NCBI GenBank assembly: GCA_947625855.1
Contig: CANQPW010000003.1
Span: forward strand, 33-64,032
Length of the DNA: 64,000 bases
Source: an uncultured Clostridia bacterium
GTDB taxonomy: Bacteria > Bacillota > Clostridia > TANB77 > CAG-465
Reading direction: 5' to 3'
This document shows positions 49,289 to 58,848 of this stretch, in pieces. The notes under the pieces were generated by a model that was given only the letters and a program-made list of their open reading frames with translations, did not search any database and was not told the DNA's origin. A program made the translations under genes and the position numbers. Each line of letters starts with the position of its first letter. Within the stretch, counting starts at the first letter, position 1.

Positions 49289-50617
49289 TTAAACATCTTT
49301 TTCACCTTTTTCACGTATTATCATATGAATAGGTGTTCCATCAAATCCAAACTTTTTTCTTAATTGATTTTCTAAATATCTTACATATGAAAAATGCATA
49401 AGACTTTTTGAATTAACAAATATTACAAAAGTAGGTGGTCTTACAGATACCTGTGTCATATAGTATATTTTTAACCTTTTTCCTTTATCAGAAGGTGGTT
49501 GAGTTATTGCAACAGCCTCAGCTAAAGTATCATTTAACATACCTGTTGGCACTCTCAAACTGTTTTGTTTATCTACCTCATTTATTAATTCAAATATTTT
49601 GTTAATTCTTTGACCAGTTAAAGCTGATATAAAAAGTATAGGTGCATAATCTAAATATGCTAATTTTTCATATACTTTTTTTCTATAACTTTCTAAAGTA
49701 TTTGTTTCCTTTTCAACTAAATCCCATTTGTTAATTAAGATAATAACACCTTTACCCGCTTCATGGGCAAGTCCTGCTATTTTTTCATCTTGTTCTGTAA
49801 CTCCTTCTGTTGCATCTATTACAATCAAACATACTTGTGCTCTATCTATTGCACTTTTTGCTTTTATTATAGAATATTTTTCAAGTTCTTCATACACTTT
49901 GTTTTTTCTTCTTATTCCTGCTGTATCAATAAATGTATATTTACCATATTCATTTTCATAATGTGTATCTATTGCATCTCTTGTTGTTCCGGCAATCTCT
50001 GATACTATAACTCTTTCTTCACCCAGAATTTTATTTACAATAGATGACTTACCAGCATTAGGTTTACCAATTATTGCAACTTTTATTTCATCTTCTATCT
50101 CTTGATTTTCTTCTTCACTACCTAGTTTATTATATATTTCATCTAGTAATTCACCTATTCCAAGCTTTTTACCAGCAGATATAGGTAATGGATCACCAAG
50201 TCCTAAATCATAAAATTCATATAATTCACTAGGTGGTGCACCTACTCTATCACATTTATTACAAACTAAAATTATAGGTTTCTTTGTTCTTCTTAACATT
50301 TGTGCAACTTGTGTATCAGATGTAGTTACTCCAGCTTTTACATCCGTTATAAAAACTATAACATCTGCTATATCCATAGCAAGCTCTGCTTGCCTTCTCA
50401 TTTGCTTTAAAATAACATCTTCTGACTGGGGTTCAATACCACCAGTATCTATTATTTGAAATGTAGTATTTCTCCAATTACAATCTGCATATATTCTATC
50501 TCTAGTAACACCTGGTGTATCTTTTACAATAGCTATTTTCTCATCTGCAAGTACATTGAACAAAGTAGATTTTCCAACATTTGGACGTCCTACAATTGCT
50601 ACACTCTTTTTAGTCAT
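49289..50617 (-). CDS. der: Ribosome-biogenesis GTPase Der (EngA)
   Basis: Start reset to MTKKSVAIVG (ATG 50615-50617) behind AAGGAGGAAG. Two G domains (GRPNVGKST, DTGG, NKCD; GKPNAGKSS, DTAG, NKWD) plus a KH-like C-terminus. Confidence 0.92.
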   Translation of the reverse strand: MTKKSVAIVGRPNVGKSTLFNVLADEKIAIVKDTPGVTRDRIYADCNWRNTTFQIIDTGGIEPQSEDVILKQMRRQAELAMDIADVIVFITDVKAGVTTSDTQVAQMLRRTKKPIILVCNKCDRVGAPPSELYEFYDLGLGDPLPISAGKKLGIGELLDEIYNKLGSEEENQEIEDEIKVAIIGKPNAGKSSIVNKILGEERVIVSEIAGTTRDAIDTHYENEYGKYTFIDTAGIRRKNKVYEELEKYSIIKAKSAIDRAQVCLIVIDATEGVTEQDEKIAGLAHEAGKGVIILINKWDLVEKETNTLESYRKKVYEKLAYLDYAPILFISALTGQRINKIFELINEVDKQNSLRVPTGMLNDTLAEAVAITQPPSDKGKRLKIYYMTQVSVRPPTFVIFVNSKSLMHFSYVRYLENQLRKKFGFDGTPIHMIIREKGEKDV

Positions 50618-50686
50618 TTCTTCCTCCTTGTACTTAAATTTTAGTATTATATATTTTAACATTTTTTACATAAAATGTCAAAACTA

Positions 50687-51013
50687 TTACTTTTTATCTA
50701 AATTTTCTGTTTCTTCATCAATCCAATTTAAATACTTAGTACTTGGACTTGAAATATCAAAAACTAAAAATTCAAAGCACTCATAACTATGTATACCTTT
50801 AACTATGTTATATATTTTATTTACTAAGTACTTCTTAGTTTTTAGTAACAATATATACTCTTTACTTTTTTCTATATCTTTTTTCCATCTCCAAATACTA
50901 TTACAATTTAATACTTGACAACTACTAACAAGTCTTTCTTGTAATAATTTTTCTTGAGTAATTTTTACTTCTTTTTTATTTCCAAAAGTTATTTGAATTA
51001 AACAATATTCCAT
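50687..51013 (-). CDS. cutA: CutA-like divalent-cation tolerance protein
   Basis: 108 aa; pattern ...SCQV...SIWRWKKDIE...EYILLLKT...HSYE.FEFLV...YLNWI parallels CutA1 (AC...S.Y.W.G.....E.....KT....HPY..PE.....YL.W). Confidence 0.55.
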   Translation of the reverse strand: MEYCLIQITFGNKKEVKITQEKLLQERLVSSCQVLNCNSIWRWKKDIEKSKEYILLLKTKKYLVNKIYNIVKGIHSYECFEFLVFDISSPSTKYLNWIDEETENLDKK

Positions 51014-51025
51014 ATTTCCTCCAGA

Positions 51026-51271
51026 TTATTTTTTCTTTAACTTTTTTATCTCATTTAAGCTTTTATCTAATTCTTCTTTATCTTCTTTTTTAAGATTCAT
51101 TTCATTTTCATTTATTTTTCTTCCCATAATATTAAAAACTAAAGTCAAAATAAGCAATAAAATAGAATATATCCTATTTAAATTAAAATATACAGTATAA
51201 AATACTAATGCAATAGTAAGAATTGCAAGAATTAGTGTAATATAGCTAATAATACTAGATTTTGAAGACAT
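51026..51271 (-). CDS. Small membrane protein
   Basis: 81 aa, two hydrophobic helices followed by a Lys/Glu-rich tail. No motif recognised. Confidence 0.45.
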   Translation of the reverse strand: MSSKSSIISYITLILAILTIALVFYTVYFNLNRIYSILLLILTLVFNIMGRKINENEMNLKKEDKEELDKSLNEIKKLKKK

Positions 51272-51281
51272 GACATCACCT

Positions 51282-52799
51282 TTATTTTAACTTTCTTTTC
51301 TTTATATTTACTTTTCCTATTTTCATATAATCTGGTAATTTTTGATTAACCTCATATATTACATCATCTACTTGTTTTTCATCAAGTTCTGTAACTACAT
51401 TTGAAATTATAACGCCATTTTTCTCAAAGACATTAACATTTAAAAACTTTTTTGTATCTTGCATTATTTCTTCGATTTCTTGTGGATATATAACATTTCC
51501 ATCATCTAAAACAATTTTTCTTACAGTGCTTCCAACTATATATAAATTGTTGTCTTTTATATAGCCTATATCTTTAGTATGATAATATCCTTTATAATCA
51601 AATGCCTCTTTAGTTTTTTGAACATCGTTATAATAACATCTTGTAACGGAATCACCTTTTATAATTATTTCTCCATATCCTAAAGAATTTGGTTCATATA
51701 TTTTAACATCAAGATTTTCCAAGATTTCACCCTCTGAATATATATTCTTTTTATTATAATATTCAAATGAAATTAAAGATAAAGCCTCTTTTACACCATA
51801 CATATTTTGAATTTTAAATCCAACATCAAAATAAAACTCTTTTTATTTTTTATCAAAATTTTCACCTAAAAGTATTAAATATTTAATATTTCCACCAAGA
51901 AAATTATGAAATTTTTTGAAAAATTTTACTTTATCTACCTTTATACCATATTTATATAATAACTTAGATTTTGATATTTTTTTATTTATCTTTTCAATAT
52001 TTTTTTCACCATATTTTTCTATTATCTCTTTATAGTTTTTAGGTACACCAAAAAAGGTTGTAATATTCTCATTTAAAAAATCTAAATAATTTTCTTCTGC
52101 TATATATAGTTTTGTAGAAGTATAATATGAATATAGATAGGCATAAATACTTATATAGTGGTTAAACATTGGTAAACTAAATAAAATACTATCCTCTTTA
52201 GACAATGGAAGTCGCATATTAAAATACTTAAAATTTGCAAGTAGATTTTCTTGAGTAAACGTAATAAATTTAATATTATTTGAAAAATCTACATTTAATT
52301 CACAAGCCTTACTATCATCTATATCATCAAATAAAAATTTATCCTGTTTTTTATCAAGTATTTTTCTTCCATCATTTATTAATTTTTTTATATCATTATC
52401 AAGATTAAAATATACTATATCTTTATATTTTTCTTTTAAAGAAGTTACTTCTTCTATATCACTTGAATATATAATACAAGAAATTGGTATATTATTTAAA
52501 ATTTTTTCTAATGAATAAAGTTTAAAAGAGTTATCTACTGGAATTACTACTCCCACATAGCCTAGTATTGCAGTCCAAGACACAAGCCACTCATATGAAT
52601 TTTTCCCTATAAGTAATATATTTTTATTTGATAAATTTTTAGATAATAACATCTCAGATAATGATAATATATCTAAAATTACATCTCTATATTTTTTTGT
52701 TATAACATTACTTTCATTTTTATACGTTATAAAATCATTGTCACCATATTTTTCATATGAGACCTTTAATAACTCTTGAACTTTACTCATATTTTTCAC
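51282..52799 (-). pseudogene. Acyl-CoA synthetase-like (AMP-binding family) gene interrupted by one in-frame TAA
   Basis: ORFs 51843..52799 and 51282..51803 are in the same frame. Reading through TAA (51843-51845) gives ...GENFDKK*KEFYFDVGFKIQNMYGVKEA..., which restores the family block f...G..i..gYG.TE. The usual (S/T)GTTGxPKG motif is replaced by ITFTQENLLANF. Confidence 0.65.
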
Positions 52800-52804
52800 C
52801 TTTA

Positions 52805-55369
52805 TTAAATTATTGTTACTTTTCCAGTATTACCATCTAATCTTACTTTATCTCCAGTTTTTAGAAATGATTTTGCATCTTTTATACCTGATACATATGG
52901 AATTTTTAGATCTCTTGTAAGTACAGATGTACCAGAAAACATTGAACCATACTCTGTTATGATACCAGCACTTAATGCTATATCAAAAAACCATCCAAAA
53001 TCAGTTGTTTCTGCTACGATTATTTTTCCTTTAACATCCTTTAAATCCTCTTTAGTATAAGCAACTAATATTTCGCCTTCTACCTCTCCTGCTGAATATC
53101 CTGAGCCTAAAAATTCATCTTTTCTTTCATCATATTCAAAATAATTTACATTTAAGTGATACTTGTTATATAGTCCATTTGAATATACAAGTTTAGTATA
53201 TGAAGGTAATTTAAAATAACACATATACTCTTGTCTTCTTTTTACTGCTATACTTTTTAAATCTATTTCTTTTTCATCTATTGAATCAAATATCTCATCA
53301 ACTGTTAAATAAAAGATATCACTTACACTATTAATTTTTCCTTCATTATATAAATTTTTAGATATAGCGTTAAATATTACTCTTACCATATCATATAGTT
53401 TTCCTCTAATTGATTTTGAAACTTCTTTAAGCTCTACTACCTCCCTAGAGTTCATTTCTAATTTTTTTATTTTAGAACGATTTATAATTCCTGTATTTTT
53501 CTTTACGATTAAAGGTAAATTCTCATCAACATAGTTCATAATTAAACTATTTACATTTTTTATCTTTTCACCATTTTCCACATATTCCAATATTCTTTCT
53601 ATAAGCATTTTTGGATTACTATTAAAAGTAGTACTTTCAAGTTTTAAACTATCAAGAACAATATCTCCATAATCATCTAAATATTTCTTTAATCTTTTTG
53701 AAAATTCCCCATCTTGATTTACAAATTCTCTAACCTTAGGATTTGTATCTAAATTAACTAGTTTCGCTTTTATATCATCATCAACCATATTTGATATTTC
53801 TAGTAATTCTCTTAAAAATTTTTCTGTTTCATTATTATATATATCTGTTATATAGTCTGTTATAAACTTTTTATTATCTGGTACTTTTACTTTTTTTAAT
53901 TTACTTACTAGTTCTCCTAAATACATATATGTATAAATTTCGTTTATAAATGTTAAGTCAAAATCAGATAATATTTTTGATACATAATCTTTATACAAGT
54001 CTTTTAATTCATTATTTGACAATTCTTTACTATACTTTTCAAAAAAACTTCTATACAGTATATTAAATTGTTCAATATAATTTCTCATAGCAGCCTTATC
54101 ATTTTTAAATAATTTTTTTGAATTATTCATTATTTTTCTTCTCATACTGCCATTTATTTTTCTTTCATATCCTTTTATAGGCTTTTTCTTCTTAGCATCT
54201 AAAAAGCCCATTTTTTCTTGCCAAGCAGGTAATAATACATCATTTTGTGGTATAAATTCCAAAAATAAATTCCAATTTCTAACATTACAATACATTCTAC
54301 CATTTACACAACAAATCATATTATTAAATTCTTTTTCATATTTATTTATTATTTCTTCATTTTGTGTAGTTCTTCTTGCAATATTTTTTATAGTATCAGT
54401 ATAAGCATGTATTGCAAAAGACTCTGTAAGTGGCAATATTACACCTTGAAACTTATCTACAATATCTTTATTATTAAGATATATAAATTCTGATTTTTCA
54501 TCAATACTCTCAATTTTTTTAGCTTGAATTATAAATAATTCTTTATTACATAAATTCCATTGTATTTCTGTATATTTTCCAAAAGATTTTTCAATCTTTA
54601 ATACTTCTTCAATAATTATTTTTAAATTTTCTTTTTCAAGTAATACAGAATTATTTTTTTGTTCATAAAATACCACTCTATCATACTTGTTATAATGGTA
54701 TAATGTTGTATCAATTTTTTGAGCTAAAACTTCCTCACATGTACCTTTTCCTACTGAAATAACCATTTCATTTATTAAGCCTTTAGGATTTGAGGTATAT
54801 GCTATTCCAGATATATCGCTTTTTTCCATTTTTTGTATAATTACGCCCATTCTTACTTGATCTATGTTTATATTATTTTTATGAAAATATTTTAATGATT
54901 TAACAGAATATACAGAATACCAGCATTTTCTAATATATTCAAAAACTTCTGATCTTTTAATATTTGAAAACTCTACAAAAATTCTATCATTAGACTTTGC
55001 ATTAAAATCTTCATATGTACTTGATGAACGTATACTAAATAAATCTTCTTCTTTAAATTTTTCTCTTAAAAATATATTTATTTTATCCTCAAGCTCAAAA
55101 CATCTTATTGATTTTATTTTAGAAATTATTTCATCACTTTTAATTTTTATATCTTCTTCATCGTTATAATCTATTTCTGATATTCTATCTAAATAACTTT
55201 TTTTCCTAAAATCTAATGCTTCTTCAAAAGCTCTTGAATTAAAACAATAAAAATCAGGCACTCTTACATTTTGTTTTTTTAATAAATTTAGATTATATCC
55301 TTTATTTCCCATTTCATTTAAAGTACCTTCTTTAATTATATACTTATTTGCAACAACTTTTTTTCCCAT
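52805..55369 (-). CDS. PEP-utilising-enzyme-family protein (PEP synthase / rifampin-phosphotransferase-like architecture), swivel His absent
   Basis: N-terminal PEP/pyruvate-binding ATP-grasp motifs (GNKGYNLNLL, VRVPDFYCF, IRSSSTYED, GVIIQKM...SGIAYTSNP). C-terminal mobile domain (KIIVAETTDFGW...EYGSMFSGTSVLTRDLKIPYVSG), where the consensus GGxTSHAAI has Gly in place of His. Confidence 0.65.
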   Translation of the reverse strand: MGKKVVANKYIIKEGTLNEMGNKGYNLNLLKKQNVRVPDFYCFNSRAFEEALDFRKKSYLDRISEIDYNDEEDIKIKSDEIISKIKSIRCFELEDKINIFLREKFKEEDLFSIRSSSTYEDFNAKSNDRIFVEFSNIKRSEVFEYIRKCWYSVYSVKSLKYFHKNNINIDQVRMGVIIQKMEKSDISGIAYTSNPKGLINEMVISVGKGTCEEVLAQKIDTTLYHYNKYDRVVFYEQKNNSVLLEKENLKIIIEEVLKIEKSFGKYTEIQWNLCNKELFIIQAKKIESIDEKSEFIYLNNKDIVDKFQGVILPLTESFAIHAYTDTIKNIARRTTQNEEIINKYEKEFNNMICCVNGRMYCNVRNWNLFLEFIPQNDVLLPAWQEKMGFLDAKKKKPIKGYERKINGSMRRKIMNNSKKLFKNDKAAMRNYIEQFNILYRSFFEKYSKELSNNELKDLYKDYVSKILSDFDLTFINEIYTYMYLGELVSKLKKVKVPDNKKFITDYITDIYNNETEKFLRELLEISNMVDDDIKAKLVNLDTNPKVREFVNQDGEFSKRLKKYLDDYGDIVLDSLKLESTTFNSNPKMLIERILEYVENGEKIKNVNSLIMNYVDENLPLIVKKNTGIINRSKIKKLEMNSREVVELKEVSKSIRGKLYDMVRVIFNAISKNLYNEGKINSVSDIFYLTVDEIFDSIDEKEIDLKSIAVKRRQEYMCYFKLPSYTKLVYSNGLYNKYHLNVNYFEYDERKDEFLGSGYSAGEVEGEILVAYTKEDLKDVKGKIIVAETTDFGWFFDIALSAGIITEYGSMFSGTSVLTRDLKIPYVSGIKDAKSFLKTGDKVRLDGNTGKVTII

Positions 55370-55393
55370 ACATCAAACCTCTTAAAAATATAA

Positions 55394-55945
55394 TTATATT
55401 GTTATATCCCCATCAAAATATTTTTTTATCAATTTTCTAAAGCCTTCTGTATTTTGTGGATGCTCATCTACTCCATAAGATACAAAAGTCTCACCATTTT
55501 TAAAAACTACTTCAAGTCTATAATTCCAAGCATTAGTTTCATTTTCTACTTCATCTGGTATATTTGATACATTAAAATCTAAAGCACCTGAATTATAAAA
55601 ATCTTCATTAAAGTTAAGATATTTAGTTTCATTCCATTTCCCATCAATATTTACACTTTCATCGCCTAAATTATGTAAAGTATATATATTACCATTTTTT
55701 AATTCTACTTCATATACATCGTAACCACCAACTAATGTACCTTCTGAATATGAAAATTTAACTAAAGGATTTGCAGAATGCTCATAACTACTATCTCTTA
55801 CAAAATAAAAAGTTGCAATACATATCATTATCAATATTCCAATAACTGCTATGATACCTATTATTTTAAATGCTTTATTTATCTTTTCATCTTCACTTTC
55901 AATACCAAGTTTTTTTATTTCTTTTTTCTTTATTTTACTAGGCAT
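55394..55945 (-). CDS. Hypothetical N-terminally anchored protein
   Basis: 183 aa with one TM (IIGIIAVIGILIMICIATFYF). GGGAGG RBS. First gene downstream of a consensus promoter. Confidence 0.5.
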   Translation of the reverse strand: MPSKIKKKEIKKLGIESEDEKINKAFKIIGIIAVIGILIMICIATFYFVRDSSYEHSANPLVKFSYSEGTLVGGYDVYEVELKNGNIYTLHNLGDESVNIDGKWNETKYLNFNEDFYNSGALDFNVSNIPDEVENETNAWNYRLEVVFKNGETFVSYGVDEHPQNTEGFRKLIKKYFDGDITI

Positions 55946-55971
55946 AAAAAACCTCCCAATATTACAAAAAA

Positions 55972-56000
55972 ATTATATCATAGTAAAAAAAATATATCAA
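55972..56000 (-). promoter_or_regulatory. Promoter of the 55945..49289 minus-strand gene string
   Basis: Minus strand TTGATA, 17 nt, TATAAT with TGa extended -10. Confidence 0.6.
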
Positions 56001-56009
56001 TTTTTTTGT

Positions 56010-56038
56010 TTGAAATTTTATTTTTTGTATGATATAAT
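56010..56038 (+). promoter_or_regulatory. Divergent promoter of the PHP-domain gene
   Basis: Plus strand TTGAAA, 17 nt, TATAAT with TGa extended -10, ~50 nt upstream of the AGGAGG RBS. Confidence 0.6.
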
Positions 56039-56090
56039 AGCCTCTGCTATTTTATGTATTATAAAATGACTAATTTTATAGGAGGAAAAA

Positions 56091-57191
56091 ATGTTAAATA
56101 AGGCTGATATTTCTTTATTTTTAAGCTACATTAAAAGCAGTAATGAAAGATTATATAATCTCATACAAAAAGGGCAAAAATATATAAATAATGGGATTTC
56201 TACTGAAGCTGATTTACATATACATTCAACTTTTTCTGATGGATCTTTTGATATTTTGCAAATATTACTTATGGGAAAATTATATAACTTGAAAAAAATT
56301 GTAATAACAGATCACAATACTATTCTTAATGGTGCAAATTATTTAGAAAAATTAAAACAGGATTTAGCTACACTTACTACACCATTCGAAAAGACACCAG
56401 ATAGTGATAAAATAAAATTTATGATTAAAAATATGCCTCAAAAAATAGATATAGAAATTGGATGTGAAATTGCATGTAAAATTTTAGATAAAAAAACAAA
56501 TAAATATATACCAATTGAAATACTTGCATACCGCTCAGATCCTATTTTTCTTCAAAATTTTATAGATAAATACAATTTTAGTAAAAAAACTTCTCAAACT
56601 GAACAATTAAAAGAACTCATGAAACTATGTGAAATGCAAGGTCTTGTATTTTCAAAAGAATTAATTGTTCCAAAGGGTATGTTTGCAACAGAAATACTTT
56701 GTAAAGAATTAATAAAACATGAAGAAAATAAAAAGTTTTTTATGGATACTCATCCTATTGTTTGGTCTATACCAAAACTATTTTATAAAAAGTTTTGTGC
56801 AAACCCAACTTCACCATTCTACCTTGATACCACAAAAGAGCTTCCACTTTATACTGATACTATTGATGCAATTATATCTTCAAATGGATTACCTTTTCTT
56901 GCTCATCCATTCTTGTATATTTATGAAAATATAGATGATGTTAAATGTCTTTTAGATACATTAACAAATACATCAAATATTAAAGGATTTGAAGCCTATC
57001 ATTCTGAACATAATACTGAACAAATAGAATTTATCAAAAAATATGCTTTATCCAAAAATATGTTATTTAGTGGTGGTACTGATTTTCATAATGGTCCTCG
57101 TACATTACTTGGATTTGGTCAAGAAAAATCTACACTCAATTTAACACTTGATATGTTTCCTTGGATAAATAGTGAAAGAAATATATTATAA
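56091..57191 (+). CDS. PHP-domain metal-dependent phosphoesterase
   Basis: DLHIHSTFSDGS, ITDHNT, LAHPF, EAYHSEH and GGTDFHNG, the PHP His/Asp ligand series. Large insertion between motifs. Confidence 0.75.
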   Translation: MLNKADISLFLSYIKSSNERLYNLIQKGQKYINNGISTEADLHIHSTFSDGSFDILQILLMGKLYNLKKIVITDHNTILNGANYLEKLKQDLATLTTPFEKTPDSDKIKFMIKNMPQKIDIEIGCEIACKILDKKTNKYIPIEILAYRSDPIFLQNFIDKYNFSKKTSQTEQLKELMKLCEMQGLVFSKELIVPKGMFATEILCKELIKHEENKKFFMDTHPIVWSIPKLFYKKFCANPTSPFYLDTTKELPLYTDTIDAIISSNGLPFLAHPFLYIYENIDDVKCLLDTLTNTSNIKGFEAYHSEHNTEQIEFIKKYALSKNMLFSGGTDFHNGPRTLLGFGQEKSTLNLTLDMFPWINSERNIL

Positions 57192-57230
57192 CAATAACAA
57201 CAATAATAATAACAATAATAATAATAATAA
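57189..57230. repeat. (YAA)14 trinucleotide tract (TAA/CAA)
   Basis: Begins with the PHP gene stop codon and continues in frame: TAA CAA TAA CAA CAA TAA TAA TAA CAA TAA TAA TAA TAA TAA. Confidence 0.9.
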
Positions 57231-57252
57231 ATTAAAAAATATATAAAAAAGT

Positions 57253-57287
57253 AAAGGTGCAAAGATAAAATTTTTCTTTGCACCTTT
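57253..57287. terminator. Bidirectional terminator between the convergent PHP gene and purB
   Basis: Perfect 12-bp stem AAAGGTGCAAAG / CTTTGCACCTTT with an 11-nt loop. A-run on the left and T-run on the right serve both strands. Confidence 0.75.
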
Positions 57288-57293
57288 TTGTTA

Positions 57294-58715
57294 TTAAAGT
57301 TCGTCTACAAGCTTTTCAGCAAGTCCGATATAATTACTTGGAGTAAGTTCTAATAATATTTTCTTATCATTATCATTAAGAAAAGTTAAATTATTTACAA
57401 AATCTTCTATTGTTTCTTTTGTTACCTTTTTGCCACGCGTAAGACTCTTTAACATCTCATAAGGATCTGATACACCATATTTTTTACCGTATTTTCTAAG
57501 AACGGTTTGGATAGGTTCTGCCAATACTTCATAACTATCATTTAAGTCATTTTGTATTACTTCCTCATTTACTGCAACTTTATTTAAGCCTCCAAGTGTC
57601 TGTTCAAGACTTAACAGAGAATGTCCAAATGCCATCCCTATCGTGCGTAAAGATGAAGAGTCAGACAAATCTCTTTGCCACCTACTTCTTGAAAGTTTAT
57701 TTGATAATGCCATAAATAACGCATTAGAAGTATCAATATTTGACTCACTATTTTCAAACCTTATAGGATTTACCTTATGAGGCATTGTAGATGAGCCAAC
57801 CTCATTTTTTACAGTTACTTGCTTAAAATAGTCAATAGAAATATATGACCACATATCAAGGTCTAAATCAAGCACTATATTATTAAAATGCCTGATAGCA
57901 TCAAATAAATGAGCCATATAGTCATGAGGTTCAATCTGAGTTGTAAGCTCACTATATCCAATGCCTAAAATTTCTTTTACAAATCCGCTGCAAAGCACAG
58001 GCCAATTCTCATTTGGAAATGCTGTAACAATTGCACTATAATTTCCTGTTGCTCCACTAAACTTTCCATTTGTCTTTATACTTTTTATAACTTCTAATGC
58101 TTTTTCAAGCCTGCTTACATAAACTGCTATCTCTTTTCCAACAGTAGTAGGAGTTGCTTTTTGCCCATGAGTTCTTGCTACCATTGCAATGTTTTTGTAA
58201 TCATATGCAAGGGTTATAAGCTTAGAAATAAGGTCAGATGCAGCAGGTATCCATACATTAAGTAAACTTTCTGAAAGCATCATAGCATAAGAGGTACTGT
58301 TAATATCTTCTGAAGTACATCCAATGTGAACAAGAGTTATATATTTTTCAAGATTTAATTCTATTAACTTTGTATCAATATAAAATTCTACCGCTTTTAC
58401 ATCATGATTTGTTATTTTTTCAACATCTTTTACTTTAAGTGCTTCATCAATGTTAAAATTTTCATATATGCTATCAATTTTTTCAATATCATCAATATCT
58501 ACATCACCTTCAATAGCAGGGATATCATTTACTCTAAATATAACAAATTTTAACCAGCAAAGTTCTACATATAACCGATATTTAATTAAACCATATTCTG
58601 AAAAGTATTCATTTAACTTTTCACCTGTACTTGCATATCTTCCATCTAAAGGGCATAATGAAATTAGTGCAATCTTTCTTGCAATTTCCTCTCCAAATAC
58701 ATCTTTTTTTTCCAT
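57294..58715 (-). CDS. purB: Adenylosuccinate lyase
   Basis: LCPLDGRY near the N-terminus and fumarate-lyase signature GSSTMPHKVNP. Start preferred at MEKKDVF (ATG 58713-58715) behind AAGGAAGG. Confidence 0.9.
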   Translation of the reverse strand: MEKKDVFGEEIARKIALISLCPLDGRYASTGEKLNEYFSEYGLIKYRLYVELCWLKFVIFRVNDIPAIEGDVDIDDIEKIDSIYENFNIDEALKVKDVEKITNHDVKAVEFYIDTKLIELNLEKYITLVHIGCTSEDINSTSYAMMLSESLLNVWIPAASDLISKLITLAYDYKNIAMVARTHGQKATPTTVGKEIAVYVSRLEKALEVIKSIKTNGKFSGATGNYSAIVTAFPNENWPVLCSGFVKEILGIGYSELTTQIEPHDYMAHLFDAIRHFNNIVLDLDLDMWSYISIDYFKQVTVKNEVGSSTMPHKVNPIRFENSESNIDTSNALFMALSNKLSRSRWQRDLSDSSSLRTIGMAFGHSLLSLEQTLGGLNKVAVNEEVIQNDLNDSYEVLAEPIQTVLRKYGKKYGVSDPYEMLKSLTRGKKVTKETIEDFVNNLTFLNDNDKKILLELTPSNYIGLAEKLVDEL

Positions 58716-58767
58716 AAAAAAGCCTTCCTTTCTGGAATTATCCATTATTTTTTTATTTTTTTGAGAT

Positions 58768-58796
58768 ATTATATATTAAAGTCATTGTTTTGTCAA
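58768..58796 (-). promoter_or_regulatory. purB promoter
   Basis: Minus strand reads perfect consensus TTGACA, 17 nt, TATAAT. The leader is only ~45 nt. Confidence 0.7.
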
Positions 58797-58806
58797 CTTT
58801 GCATAT

Positions 58807-58844
58807 AAAAAGTACCTCTAGAATAACTCTTTTGAGGTACTTTT
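58807..58844 (-). terminator. Terminator of the fused ABC transporter gene
   Basis: Inverted repeat AAAAGTACCTC / GAGGTACTTTT, 16-nt loop, T-run on the minus strand, 5 nt after the stop codon. Confidence 0.65.
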
Positions 58845-58848
58845 AAAT

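Noticed and set aside
58716-58767. Purine riboswitch or T-box leader upstream of purB.
   Set aside because: The consensus promoter leaves only a ~45-nt leader, which is too short and has no conserved riboswitch core.
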